64,000 bases of DNA from positions 1 to 64,000 of IMG/VR virus record IMGVR_UViG_3300033692_000004; one strand, 5' to 3'. A model generated the notes under the pieces. That model worked only from the letters and a program-made list of their open reading frames with translations, was not told where the DNA came from and did not search any database. Source of the stretch: a virus. Numbering within the stretch: the stretch's first letter is position 1; each line of letters begins with the position of its first letter. Below are positions 18,013-26,200 of this stretch, one piece after another. A program made the translations under genes and the position numbers.

Positions 18013-18046
18013 AGGGGAGTTATTAAAGTAGCTCCCCTTTATTTTT
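18013..18046 (+). terminator. Rho-independent terminator
   Basis: AGGGGAG (18013-18019) pairs with CTCCCCT (18032-18038), 12-nt loop, then TTATTTTT. Confidence 0.6.
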
Positions 18047-18057
18047 AAAAAACAAGT

Positions 18058-18366
18058 ATGAGTTTTGAAGATATACAACCATTTAAAATAGATGATTATT
18101 TTCCAAATGGATTTCCTAGCTGGTATGAAACTTTTTATGAAGTAGTAGATACTATAACCTATATAATGGAGAATAATGATTTTATACATCCTCTATATAA
18201 GGAGTGTAATAAGAGATATAATAGTCAAGGTAGATGTGGTTTATATGAACTAGCTAAAGGACTTACTGATAAATTTGAGTTAAAGAATAAAGATAGGTCG
18301 TGGGATGGTGAGTTTTTTGAAGAAATTGATAAATTTTTAGAGAAGGAGTTATATGAAGAAGATTAG
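18058..18366 (+). CDS. Hypothetical protein (102 aa)
   Basis: First ORF after the terminator. Its 3' end contains AAGGAG 6 nt before the thyX ATG. Confidence 0.5.
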   Translation: MSFEDIQPFKIDDYFPNGFPSWYETFYEVVDTITYIMENNDFIHPLYKECNKRYNSQGRCGLYELAKGLTDKFELKNKDRSWDGEFFEEIDKFLEKELYEED

Positions 18367-19441
18367 TGCAGAAATAGTAGCAGATAGTATTGATCCAAGA
18401 GGCAATCGAATAACCTCATTTCTGCTAACTTATCCCAGATTTATTCATGGTGAAATAATGACACACCGGATGTTTAGTCGTAATTCAGCTAGTAGTAGAG
18501 CTATTCCATTTAATAAGATGGTCAAAATGGTAGAAGAAGACCCTTTCATTCCTATTGCTTGGCAAAAAGATCATAAAGGAATGCAAGGTAGCAAATATAT
18601 TACTGATTTTAATGAGTTAGCTGATATTACAAAACAATGGCTACATGCATCAAGACAAGCGATACTAATGGCTAATGTTCTTCATTCTGATAATGTAACT
18701 AAACAATTATGTAATAGACTTCTTGAACCTTTTATGTGGCACACTGTATTAGTTACAGCTACTGAATATGATAATTTCTTTGAATTGAGGTGTCCTAAAT
18801 ATATAGTTAATTGGTATACTTCTCAAAAGAATAGAACTGAAATATTTCATAGTAGAAAAGAAGTCATTAATTATGTAGAAGAAAATAATTTGAAAAATGG
18901 CTGGGAAGACTGTAGAGACTGGAACGACATTCAGTGGTTACAAATTAATAATTCTCAAGCAGAAATACATATTCAAGTATTAGCTGAAAGTATGTGGGAT
19001 GCTATGAATGAATCTGTCCCTAAAGAACTTAAACCAGGGGAGTGGCACATTCCTTTTGGAGATAATATTACTGCGGAGGATTGTTTTAAGTCTCAACCGT
19101 ACAGTAATAAATCTGATAACGGATTTGACTATTATAATGAAGTAGCAGTTAAAATAGCAACAGCGAGAGCCGCAAGAATCAGTTATACTACACTAGGAGA
19201 TAATCCTAGGATAGATTATGAGGCAGATATAAAACTACATGATAGATTACTGGAATCTAAACACATGAGCCCATTTGAACACTGTGCTAGGGTTATGACT
19301 GAAGAAGAATATCTGGGATTTCATTTAACCCAAGGTAATAATGATCCTTTTGATGATAATGGAAAAGACATCTTTGGAATATGCAGGAACTTTAGAGGAT
19401 TTGTTTCTTATAGATATTTAGTAGAAAATAATTATGATTGA
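18353..19441 (+). CDS. thyX: Flavin-dependent thymidylate synthase ThyX-like (extended, 362 aa)
   Basis: MTHRMFSRNSASSRAIP matches the ThyX signature RHRxxSxxxxSxR (first R->T). RAARISYTT and HMSPFEH are also present. Confidence 0.7.
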   Translation: MKKISAEIVADSIDPRGNRITSFLLTYPRFIHGEIMTHRMFSRNSASSRAIPFNKMVKMVEEDPFIPIAWQKDHKGMQGSKYITDFNELADITKQWLHASRQAILMANVLHSDNVTKQLCNRLLEPFMWHTVLVTATEYDNFFELRCPKYIVNWYTSQKNRTEIFHSRKEVINYVEENNLKNGWEDCRDWNDIQWLQINNSQAEIHIQVLAESMWDAMNESVPKELKPGEWHIPFGDNITAEDCFKSQPYSNKSDNGFDYYNEVAVKIATARAARISYTTLGDNPRIDYEADIKLHDRLLESKHMSPFEHCARVMTEEEYLGFHLTQGNNDPFDDNGKDIFGICRNFRGFVSYRYLVENNYD

Positions 19442-19532
19442 AACTCCTAGAAATGATGAACACGAGGCGCAAGGCTGCTTGGTTGTATTATTTATAATAA
19501 TTACATTAGCAGCTTTAAGTATAATTATTTAA
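19434..19532 (+). CDS. Possible 32-aa single-TM miniprotein
   Basis: ATG overlaps the thyX stop (ATGATTGA). Translation: MIETPRNDEHEAQGCLVVLFIIITLAALSIII. It would fill most of the thyX-ligase gap. Too short to be sure. Confidence 0.25.
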   Translation: MIETPRNDEHEAQGCLVVLFIIITLAALSIII

Positions 19533-19542
19533 TCATATAGCA

Positions 19543-20181
19543 ATGAATCAATATCATAAAATACAATCGGTATTTAATAGAGATCCAGAAGATAACTTTA
19601 AGACTTTTATTGAAGGTAGTTTTGCTAAACCTGAATTTGAGGTACTTAAAGATATAAATTGGACCTGGACAGAAAAGATAGATGGGACTAATATTAGAGT
19701 CATTTGGGATGGTAGTAATGTAATATTCAAGGGCAAGACAGATCGTGCAAATTTACCTGCTCATTTGGCTAAAAAGCTACGTGAATTATTTACTGTAGAC
19801 AAACTAGAAGCATATTTTGGACATGGTGAAATGAATGTGTGCCTGTATGGTGAAGGTTATGGTCGCAAGATTCAAAAAGGTGGTAATTATATACAGAATG
19901 ATGTAGATTTTATATTATTTGATGTAAGGATAGGTAATTGGTGGATAGAAAGGTCTACTGTAGAAATAATGGCTAGAGATCTTGGCATTAATGTAGTACC
20001 AATTATTGATATAGGACCGTTAGAAAAAGCCATAGAATTAGTTAAACAGGGTTTTAAATCTACCATCGCACAGAATAAAGATTATCTTGCTGAAGGTCTT
20101 ATTTGCAAACCAGATGTAGAATTGTTTGATCGTAAAGGTGATAGAGTTATTACTAAGATCAAGCATAAAGATTTTAAATAA
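19543..20181 (+). CDS. ATP-dependent polynucleotide ligase, minimal Rnl-type (RNA ligase family) nucleotidyltransferase domain
   Basis: WTEKIDGTNIRV (motif I, KxDGxN), ILFDVRIG (III), AEGLICKP (IV), ITKIKHKDF (V). The N-terminal YHKIQSVFNRD is typical of Rnl-family starts. 212 aa. Confidence 0.7.
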   Translation: MNQYHKIQSVFNRDPEDNFKTFIEGSFAKPEFEVLKDINWTWTEKIDGTNIRVIWDGSNVIFKGKTDRANLPAHLAKKLRELFTVDKLEAYFGHGEMNVCLYGEGYGRKIQKGGNYIQNDVDFILFDVRIGNWWIERSTVEIMARDLGINVVPIIDIGPLEKAIELVKQGFKSTIAQNKDYLAEGLICKPDVELFDRKGDRVITKIKHKDFK

Positions 20182-20187
20182 TATTAA

Positions 20188-20315
20188 TTAGTACCTCTCA
20201 AAACTCACTAGAAATAAGGAGAGCTGTTAGGTATTGGAAACAACTTAGGTTAATGAAAAAGGGTTAGTAGTAATGCCGTACAAACCAGTAACCCTGCGAG
20301 AGGTACTAATTTTTT
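20188..20315 (+). other. Structured intergenic element: 12-bp perfect terminal stem enclosing ~98 nt with inner helices, followed by T6
   Basis: TTAGTACCTCTC (20188-20199) is the exact reverse complement of GAGAGGTACTAA (20298-20309), followed by TTTTTT (20310-20315). Inner GGGTTA/TAACCC helix at 20261-20294. Alternative CTCTC/GAGAG pairing between 20195-20199 and 20219-20223. Confidence 0.5.
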
Positions 20316-20327
20316 AAAAATAGTAAA

Positions 20328-20525
20328 ATGGATATTAGTTTAAGATACATAGATGGTAATCCAGCTAGGATAATAGAATTTTGTATAGAAAGTAATACTA
20401 CTACTATTAAAGAAGATATTACTGATATAGATTCTAAGATAGACCCAGAGTTTATTAATAATTTAAGAGAAATTGCCGATAATTTAGAACTACAAAATAA
20501 ACTTATAGATGAATCCTACTCATAA
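20328..20525 (+). CDS. Hypothetical acidic protein (65 aa)
   Basis: ORF after the structured element. Confidence 0.45.
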   Translation: MDISLRYIDGNPARIIEFCIESNTTTIKEDITDIDSKIDPEFINNLREIADNLELQNKLIDESYS

Positions 20526-20763
20526 ATTTAATAGTGGTAATAAAGCTACTTTATGTAAATCATGTAGAAAGACTATAGTAGAAGATTTTACAGATGACTT
20601 ATTGTGTACAGATTGTCAAAGGACATCTTTAGATCTACTTAGAAGAATTGATAATATTATAAATTTAGATGGAGATGAATTTACAGATGGGGAGTGCTTA
20701 GATATGATATTTCAATTAAAATTAGATAATTTTCTTAAAAATATAGATGATGAAGAATCCTGA
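20509..20763 (+). CDS. Small zinc-ribbon protein (84 aa)
   Basis: CKSCRK ... CTDCQ forms a CxxC-x17-CxxC pair. Confidence 0.5.
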   Translation: MNPTHKFNSGNKATLCKSCRKTIVEDFTDDLLCTDCQRTSLDLLRRIDNIINLDGDEFTDGECLDMIFQLKLDNFLKNIDDEES

Positions 20764-20998
20764 AGAATATTTAAAAAATCTTGTAAATAATTGCAAAGGT
20801 AAAAATGAACCTTATTTAGACTCTAGTTATTTTATATACGACGGTACAGTTCATCCTATTATTAATATTATTAAACAAGCACAAATAGATGCTTATAATG
20901 AAGCTTTAGATGATGCAGTAGGAAGTGCTTATGTAGAAGTAGATACAGGGGGGTACCCATATGTATATGACCAATCTATACTTAAATTAAAGAAATAG
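20747..20998 (+). CDS. Hypothetical protein (83 aa)
   Basis: Overlapping start with the previous gene; operon frame. Confidence 0.45.
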   Translation: MMKNPEEYLKNLVNNCKGKNEPYLDSSYFIYDGTVHPIINIIKQAQIDAYNEALDDAVGSAYVEVDTGGYPYVYDQSILKLKK

Positions 20999-21133
20999 TT
21001 ATGAGTAAATTATATGAATTCACAATAAACCCAGTTGGATGGGGAGAAACCCCGTAAGAAGCTTGGGGGAATTGTATAGAAAATTTAGATTTAGACAAAG
21101 AGCCGTTACCCAATAACGAAATTATAGACGAAG

Positions 21134-21397
21134 ATGACAACTGAAGATTTTAATAAGAAGTATTCTGACTATTTAGAAACAGGTCATTATGGGTTAGCTA
21201 TTAATAATGAAGAAGTTATTAATTATTTAGACAGAGTATTTGAAGAGAAGCTAATTCATATACCTGGTTTTAAATATAGTCAGATTAAAGTTAAATTTGG
21301 TTACTGTAGATTTTACTGTAAAGGTATACAGATACCAGATGAACTTATAGAAAGAATTGTAGATGATATTAATATTATATTATTTAATCAAAGTTAA
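21134..21397 (+). CDS. Hypothetical protein (87 aa)
   Basis: ORF in operon orientation. Confidence 0.45.
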   Translation: MTTEDFNKKYSDYLETGHYGLAINNEEVINYLDRVFEEKLIHIPGFKYSQIKVKFGYCRFYCKGIQIPDELIERIVDDINIILFNQS

Positions 21398-21402
21398 GAA
21401 GT

Positions 21403-21672
21403 ATGAGAGACGATGTTTGGAGTAAACAAATAGATATGATGTTTAGTAGAGAAGGAACGCCTAGATATATTGAAGTATTAGATGCTAATAATTATCTAAT
21501 ATATGGCAATTCTAACTACTTGAGATTTGGGGATGATTTTATAGACTACGAAGGGGGCCCTTTTATTGCAAAGGGTCAGCCTTTGTATGGTAGTGACGAG
21601 CGTGTAATTGTAGATATTAAACCCTGTATAACAGAGGGTAAACCTAATTGTTATAAAATAACTGTAGTATGA
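21403..21672 (+). CDS. Hypothetical protein (89 aa)
   Basis: ORF in operon orientation. Confidence 0.45.
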   Translation: MRDDVWSKQIDMMFSREGTPRYIEVLDANNYLIYGNSNYLRFGDDFIDYEGGPFIAKGQPLYGSDERVIVDIKPCITEGKPNCYKITVV

Positions 21673-22004
21673 GTTTAGTATTACTTAAGAACGACGAAGT
21701 AATTAGTGGGTATAATATTAAAAAGCATGATTCAGGCATAATAGAGTTAAATATAACTACGCACCATAAGTGGGTAGAATATTTTCGCTCTGATGATCAA
21801 AACTATTTTATCGGAGGGATGTCAGACAAATGGGCACAATCAGCTTTAACTATACCAGAAATAAACATACCTAAATATTATATCTGTACTGAATTACAAG
21901 ATAAAGATAACATATACTTCTACTGGATACCATTTGAACTAATAACCTCAGGAAGAATTAAGGATAAAGTTTTAAAATATAGAAATGGAGATAAAACCAA
22001 CTAA
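21669..22004 (+). CDS. Hypothetical protein (111 aa)
   Basis: ATGA start/stop overlap with the previous gene. Confidence 0.5.
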   Translation: MSLVLLKNDEVISGYNIKKHDSGIIELNITTHHKWVEYFRSDDQNYFIGGMSDKWAQSALTIPEINIPKYYICTELQDKDNIYFYWIPFELITSGRIKDKVLKYRNGDKTN

Positions 22005-22305
22005 ATGCAATAATTGTCCATTTAAGGTAGTAGATTATAACGATCATAGCACAGGTGATGATACACTACTATATTGTAATTTAATGAAATATTTGGGCTT
22101 TAAAATACATATTTTAGATACTTATGACAGCCTAGAATCATGTGACCATTGTAACGAAGCTGAATATGATAGTCTAGCCACAGGTGAAGATATGGAACTA
22201 TATTACGATGGAGACTTATGTACTTGCGAGGAAGAGCCTGATATTCCAGTACCAGATAATTGTCCTATTAAGAATGTAGATATTAAAATTAGTATTGATG
22301 ATTGA
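21985..22305 (+). CDS. Cys-rich (putative multi-zinc) small protein (106 aa)
   Basis: CNNCPF, YCN, CDHCNE, CTCEE and NCP give at least 9 Cys in CxxC-like pairs. Confidence 0.5.
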   Translation: MEIKPTKCNNCPFKVVDYNDHSTGDDTLLYCNLMKYLGFKIHILDTYDSLESCDHCNEAEYDSLATGEDMELYYDGDLCTCEEEPDIPVPDNCPIKNVDIKISIDD

Positions 22306-22882
22306 TAATTTCAACAGAATTAAAGATATGCTTGAATTCAGATCTGATGATGATTTCTACCATTGTCAGATCATTAAGCGTAAGAAAGAGCATCCTGAAC
22401 TAGGCTCTAATAGTTATATTGTAAAGACATACTATATTAAAAAGATTGAAGAGCTTGATTACTACAGAGATGAAATAATATTACTAGCTACACACCATAA
22501 TGCTAGAGTACAAATTAATCTAAATAGACGTAGTTTTGAGAAAATGGCTTTTCATACTCAGAAGAAAATTGCAGACCAATTAATGAACAGAGATTATAGG
22601 TCTGTAAGAAAAGCATATAATAGTTGTTGTGGAAAATATTCTAACGAGACTAATAAGAAGTGGATTATTGACGTTGATGAGAAGTTAGATTTAAGTGGTT
22701 TAAATAAGATTAGTAAATATATTAATGATCAACAACCTATTGGTTTAAAGGTAGAAGATTATATACCTACTAAGAATGGGTGGCACATCATTACGGAACC
22801 TTTTAATCTACAGGATTTTAAAAAAGAATATCCTGATTTAGATATCCATAAAGATAATCCAACAATTCTTTATATACCATAA
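22298..22882 (+). CDS. Hypothetical protein (194 aa)
   Basis: ATG 22298 overlaps the previous stop (ATGATTGA); the track start 22295 is TTG. No confident motif. Confidence 0.5.
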   Translation: MIDNFNRIKDMLEFRSDDDFYHCQIIKRKKEHPELGSNSYIVKTYYIKKIEELDYYRDEIILLATHHNARVQINLNRRSFEKMAFHTQKKIADQLMNRDYRSVRKAYNSCCGKYSNETNKKWIIDVDEKLDLSGLNKISKYINDQQPIGLKVEDYIPTKNGWHIITEPFNLQDFKKEYPDLDIHKDNPTILYIP

Positions 22883-22898
22883 TAAAAACAATTTAGAC

Positions 22899-23162
22899 AT
22901 GAGTGATGTAGTTAATAAAAATATATTTCTAGAAAATTTAATAACAAGATTAGCTAGAGATAATTTTAATAAAGCTAATGATAGGTTTGCTGAGAAATAT
23001 GGCTATGATTTGAGAGATACTAATAATTCAGATAAATTAAAATTTATTTCTTGGTTAGTAGATGACAAGATACTAGAATTGCGATATAAAGAAATAACAC
23101 CTCACGATGTTCCTTACTACATATCGTTATATTTTAACCCAGACCTACTGCGTATAACATAA
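22899..23162 (+). CDS. Hypothetical protein (87 aa), last gene of the + arm
   Basis: ORF followed by the convergent-arm hairpin. Confidence 0.45.
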   Translation: MSDVVNKNIFLENLITRLARDNFNKANDRFAEKYGYDLRDTNNSDKLKFISWLVDDKILELRYKEITPHDVPYYISLYFNPDLLRIT

Positions 23163-23167
23163 CAAAA

Positions 23168-23189
23168 GGGGAATCTTTCGAGACTCCCC
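23168..23189. terminator. Bidirectional hairpin terminator at the convergence of the two arms
   Basis: GGGGAATC...GAGACTCCCC forms an 8-bp stem with one mismatch. It is flanked by AAAA on the left and TTATTTATT on the right, so either strand reads hairpin + U-rich tail. Confidence 0.5.
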
Positions 23190-23249
23190 TTATTTATTGC
23201 TACATATCACTATTATTTTTGGAACTTACACTACGGATACACGATTTAT

Positions 23250-26200
23250 TTATAAAATCTGAGTCTTAATATACTTGTTCTTATCCTTAATATGTGGTAA
23301 CTCCCAAAGGTTTTTAATTAATGAGCGCTTTATTAAGAACTTCTCACGTTGCGTCATACCTTCATAAGCACCATATTCAACCTCATCATTATCAAATATA
23401 CTAAACATTAAGTTCTGTATATCTTCATAAGTACTTAGTGCAGCTGAAGGAGAATTAAGTATATTAGGAATCTCTTTTGGATTCATATAAGCACCTTGTT
23501 CAAGCTCTAATCTATTAAACTGATAAGCAAGATATTGTTTTACCCATTCATCTTCCTCATCATCATCTGCGATACCTTGGAATATAGAGGCTAATATCAT
23601 AGACCCCGCTGTAAATAATATATCAGTCATAGCCTTACGAAGATTGCGCTTCTCATACTCACTAAGATTATTATATGTAGCAAATCTAGCTTTTAAAGAC
23701 CCTCTTGTAGTAATGAAATTTTTTACAGCAGTAGCTATAGTACGATAATAACCTTCTTCTACTTCACCAGTTTGATAATTGATACCAGCTTTCTTAAACC
23801 TTTCAGCCGCCATTACAGGCATCCAACCCCTGTGTAGCATTACCATTCTACCAAAAGCACCTCTATAAATACCCGTACGATCGAATCTACTAGCCATACC
23901 TGTAATTACACTACCACGTTCCCTGATAATATTAGTAACTCTATTTTCTACATCAGCAGTAACATACTGTTTAAATTGAGGTTTAACTACTAGCTTACCA
24001 CCCTTATACTCATAAGCATTGTACAAGCTTCTATCTCTAAATTCAGACCATTTACGAGGGTCTTTCTTAGTACGTCTATCAAACTGTGCTTTAGTTATAA
24101 ACTTACCATCTACAAGCCTCATATTGTCCATTATAGCTAATGCTAACTTACCTTTGAGTCTAGTATCGAAGAATTCATATCCTGCAAATAAAATATCGTC
24201 ACTTGTAGTACGCATAGCTCTATTAGTAAGGTCCATTCTCTTAAAAATATTCTGACTATCTCTGTGTACTTGAAACCTATCAAATACTTGTTCCATCTTA
24301 GAAGTCTTCTTGCGCTTACCGGCATTAGCCATTAGATGATGTAAGTTAGCATCAAATTCTTTTTCAGCAAACCATTTAGACTCTTGCGTACTTATTGTAC
24401 CCATAACATCTTCAATTTTAGAGTCAAGAGAACCTTTCATATGACCTGTAATCATAGTAGGTATGTTCATAAATAGGTTATTACTTCTTACAAAAGCCCT
24501 AAATTTATCTAGTATAAGCCCAATAGAAACCTTTTTACCATTAGGTAGGTACATATACTGACGCTTCTTTTCTTGACCATAAAAGAAGGCTTCAATGAAG
24601 TCTTGTAAAGCCTCATAAGTTCGAGTTTCAGTACCTTCTTTAACACCATCATCTGTAGATAGTCTTTTAGGTCTAACTTTAGCTTTACCCATGACCCTTT
24701 GTATAACATATAAATCTTCTACTCTACTAGATAAAGCTTTAAAGTTACTAGACATTTCATAGAAAGCAGCATACATAGACGTAATATCATTAGATAATTG
24801 ATTCTTATTATCTAAAGGTTTGGTATAGTGAATAGGAGCGTTTTTAACTACCTTACCATTAACATCTAACATTATTTCTTGACTACCATATTCAATATCA
24901 TCCTCTGTAATATTAATATTCTCTTTAATACGTGACTTAATTTCTCCAAATAAGGGGTTTTCAGAGTCTTTTAAGGTCTGCATGATATCTTTCCTTATCT
25001 GAGGCAATAACCATTGCATATAGCCGTTTCTATAACGTTTAGGGAGCATTGCTTTAGACTCTTCATGAACCTCTAATACTTTATTATAATAATTAGCAAA
25101 TGCCTTATTACGCATTAACTTCTGAAACTCTTTGTTAATAGGGGGATTGGCTACAGAACTACCATCTAAACCTTTTTTATGATATTTAGCATAGAAGTCT
25201 GACCATATTTTCCTATAGAACTTAGAATCTTCATTTGATAAACTACCTTCTTTGTAAGAAATTACTACATCATTATAACTCTCTTTACCAAACTTTTTAA
25301 TAAGTGTCTCTTTAACTTTAGACTTAGCCTCATAATATTCTGACCACTTACGTTCTGTAATTAGAAAACCTGTTTTGTTACCATTAGAATCTCTGTCATG
25401 CAAATCACTAGCTTTTAAACCTGCCTTTTCTAAAGCGAGTTGTAAATCTAACAATTCATTACCAACCCCAAGCGTATTTCTATTAGTTTCATTATAAATA
25501 TTAGTTGCAAGATTATATACCATTCTAAGTACCTCATTACTAGAAGATCTTAATGGACCAAACCACCTTGATAAATAACTTATATCACCTATGCTTGAAT
25601 TCAGTATATCATTTACGTCTAACTTACTACCCTCAGCTCTATACTTAAGTAATAATTCTTGAGTCTTATTCTTATTAATAACGTCTAGAAACTCTTTAAT
25701 TTCAGCTATACTGGTTGTAGCATACTCTAATTGTTTTTTAACATCCTCATATATATATTGAAATGAACTATCCCACTTAAGAATCTTATTAAGATTAAGA
25801 ATATTTTTCTCATTAAGAGCAGTAATCTCTTCCATTCGATTAATTTGAGAACTAGAAAATGGCATTTTAGAAGTATCCTTTCGGAACCCCTCTACTTGTC
25901 TACGCATTACAGATAACTCCTCAGAATTAATATGGTCTAAGTAAGCCATTACAGATGCTTTAGGGGACTTTTTCTCCCCTATCTGTTCCCTCATAATATC
26001 AGCTGTCCTACGTAATGCCGCTGCTTTACTAGCATCATCTTCATTGGCGGCCCTAGCATCAAGTATTTCTGCACGTTTAATAAGTCTATTTATACTAGAT
26101 AAAATCTCTTTAGTTAATGGATCAGTTTCATAGAATATACCTTCATTACTAATAGCATCTGGGTCTAACTCTAATTGCCGATTCATTAACTTATTAGCTA

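Noticed and set aside
18335-18352. AAGGAG 6 nt upstream of the thyX ATG, and GGAAGAGG upstream of 8418, as evidence that the host uses Shine-Dalgarno pairing.
   Set aside because: These are isolated cases, and the thyX one lies inside the upstream coding sequence. The great majority of starts checked have only A/T-rich leaders: rtcB, phoH, nrdJ, dut, polB, the ligase and nearly all late genes.
15644-19736. Antisense ORFs 15644-15859(-), 17176-17388(-), 17938-18189(-), 19554-19736(-).
   Set aside because: They oppose a uniformly + strand operon, overlap better-supported genes, and have low-complexity hydrophobic translations.
20188-20315. tRNA or tmRNA-like gene in the ligase-downstream gap.
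   Set aside because: No cloverleaf can be drawn. There is no GTTCRANYC T-loop, no D-loop GG, and the length (~122 nt) and 12-bp closing stem are wrong for a tRNA. Kept as an unclassified structured element instead.
21001-21144. A 47-codon reading frame (MSKLYEFTINPVGWGETP*EAWGNCIENLDLDKEPLPNNEIIDEDDN) interrupted by one in-frame TAA at 21055-21057. Possible readthrough or a fresh pseudogene.
   Set aside because: Too short to separate from chance. TAA readthrough or recoding has no support elsewhere in the window. Noted only because it fills the 135-nt gap before 21134.
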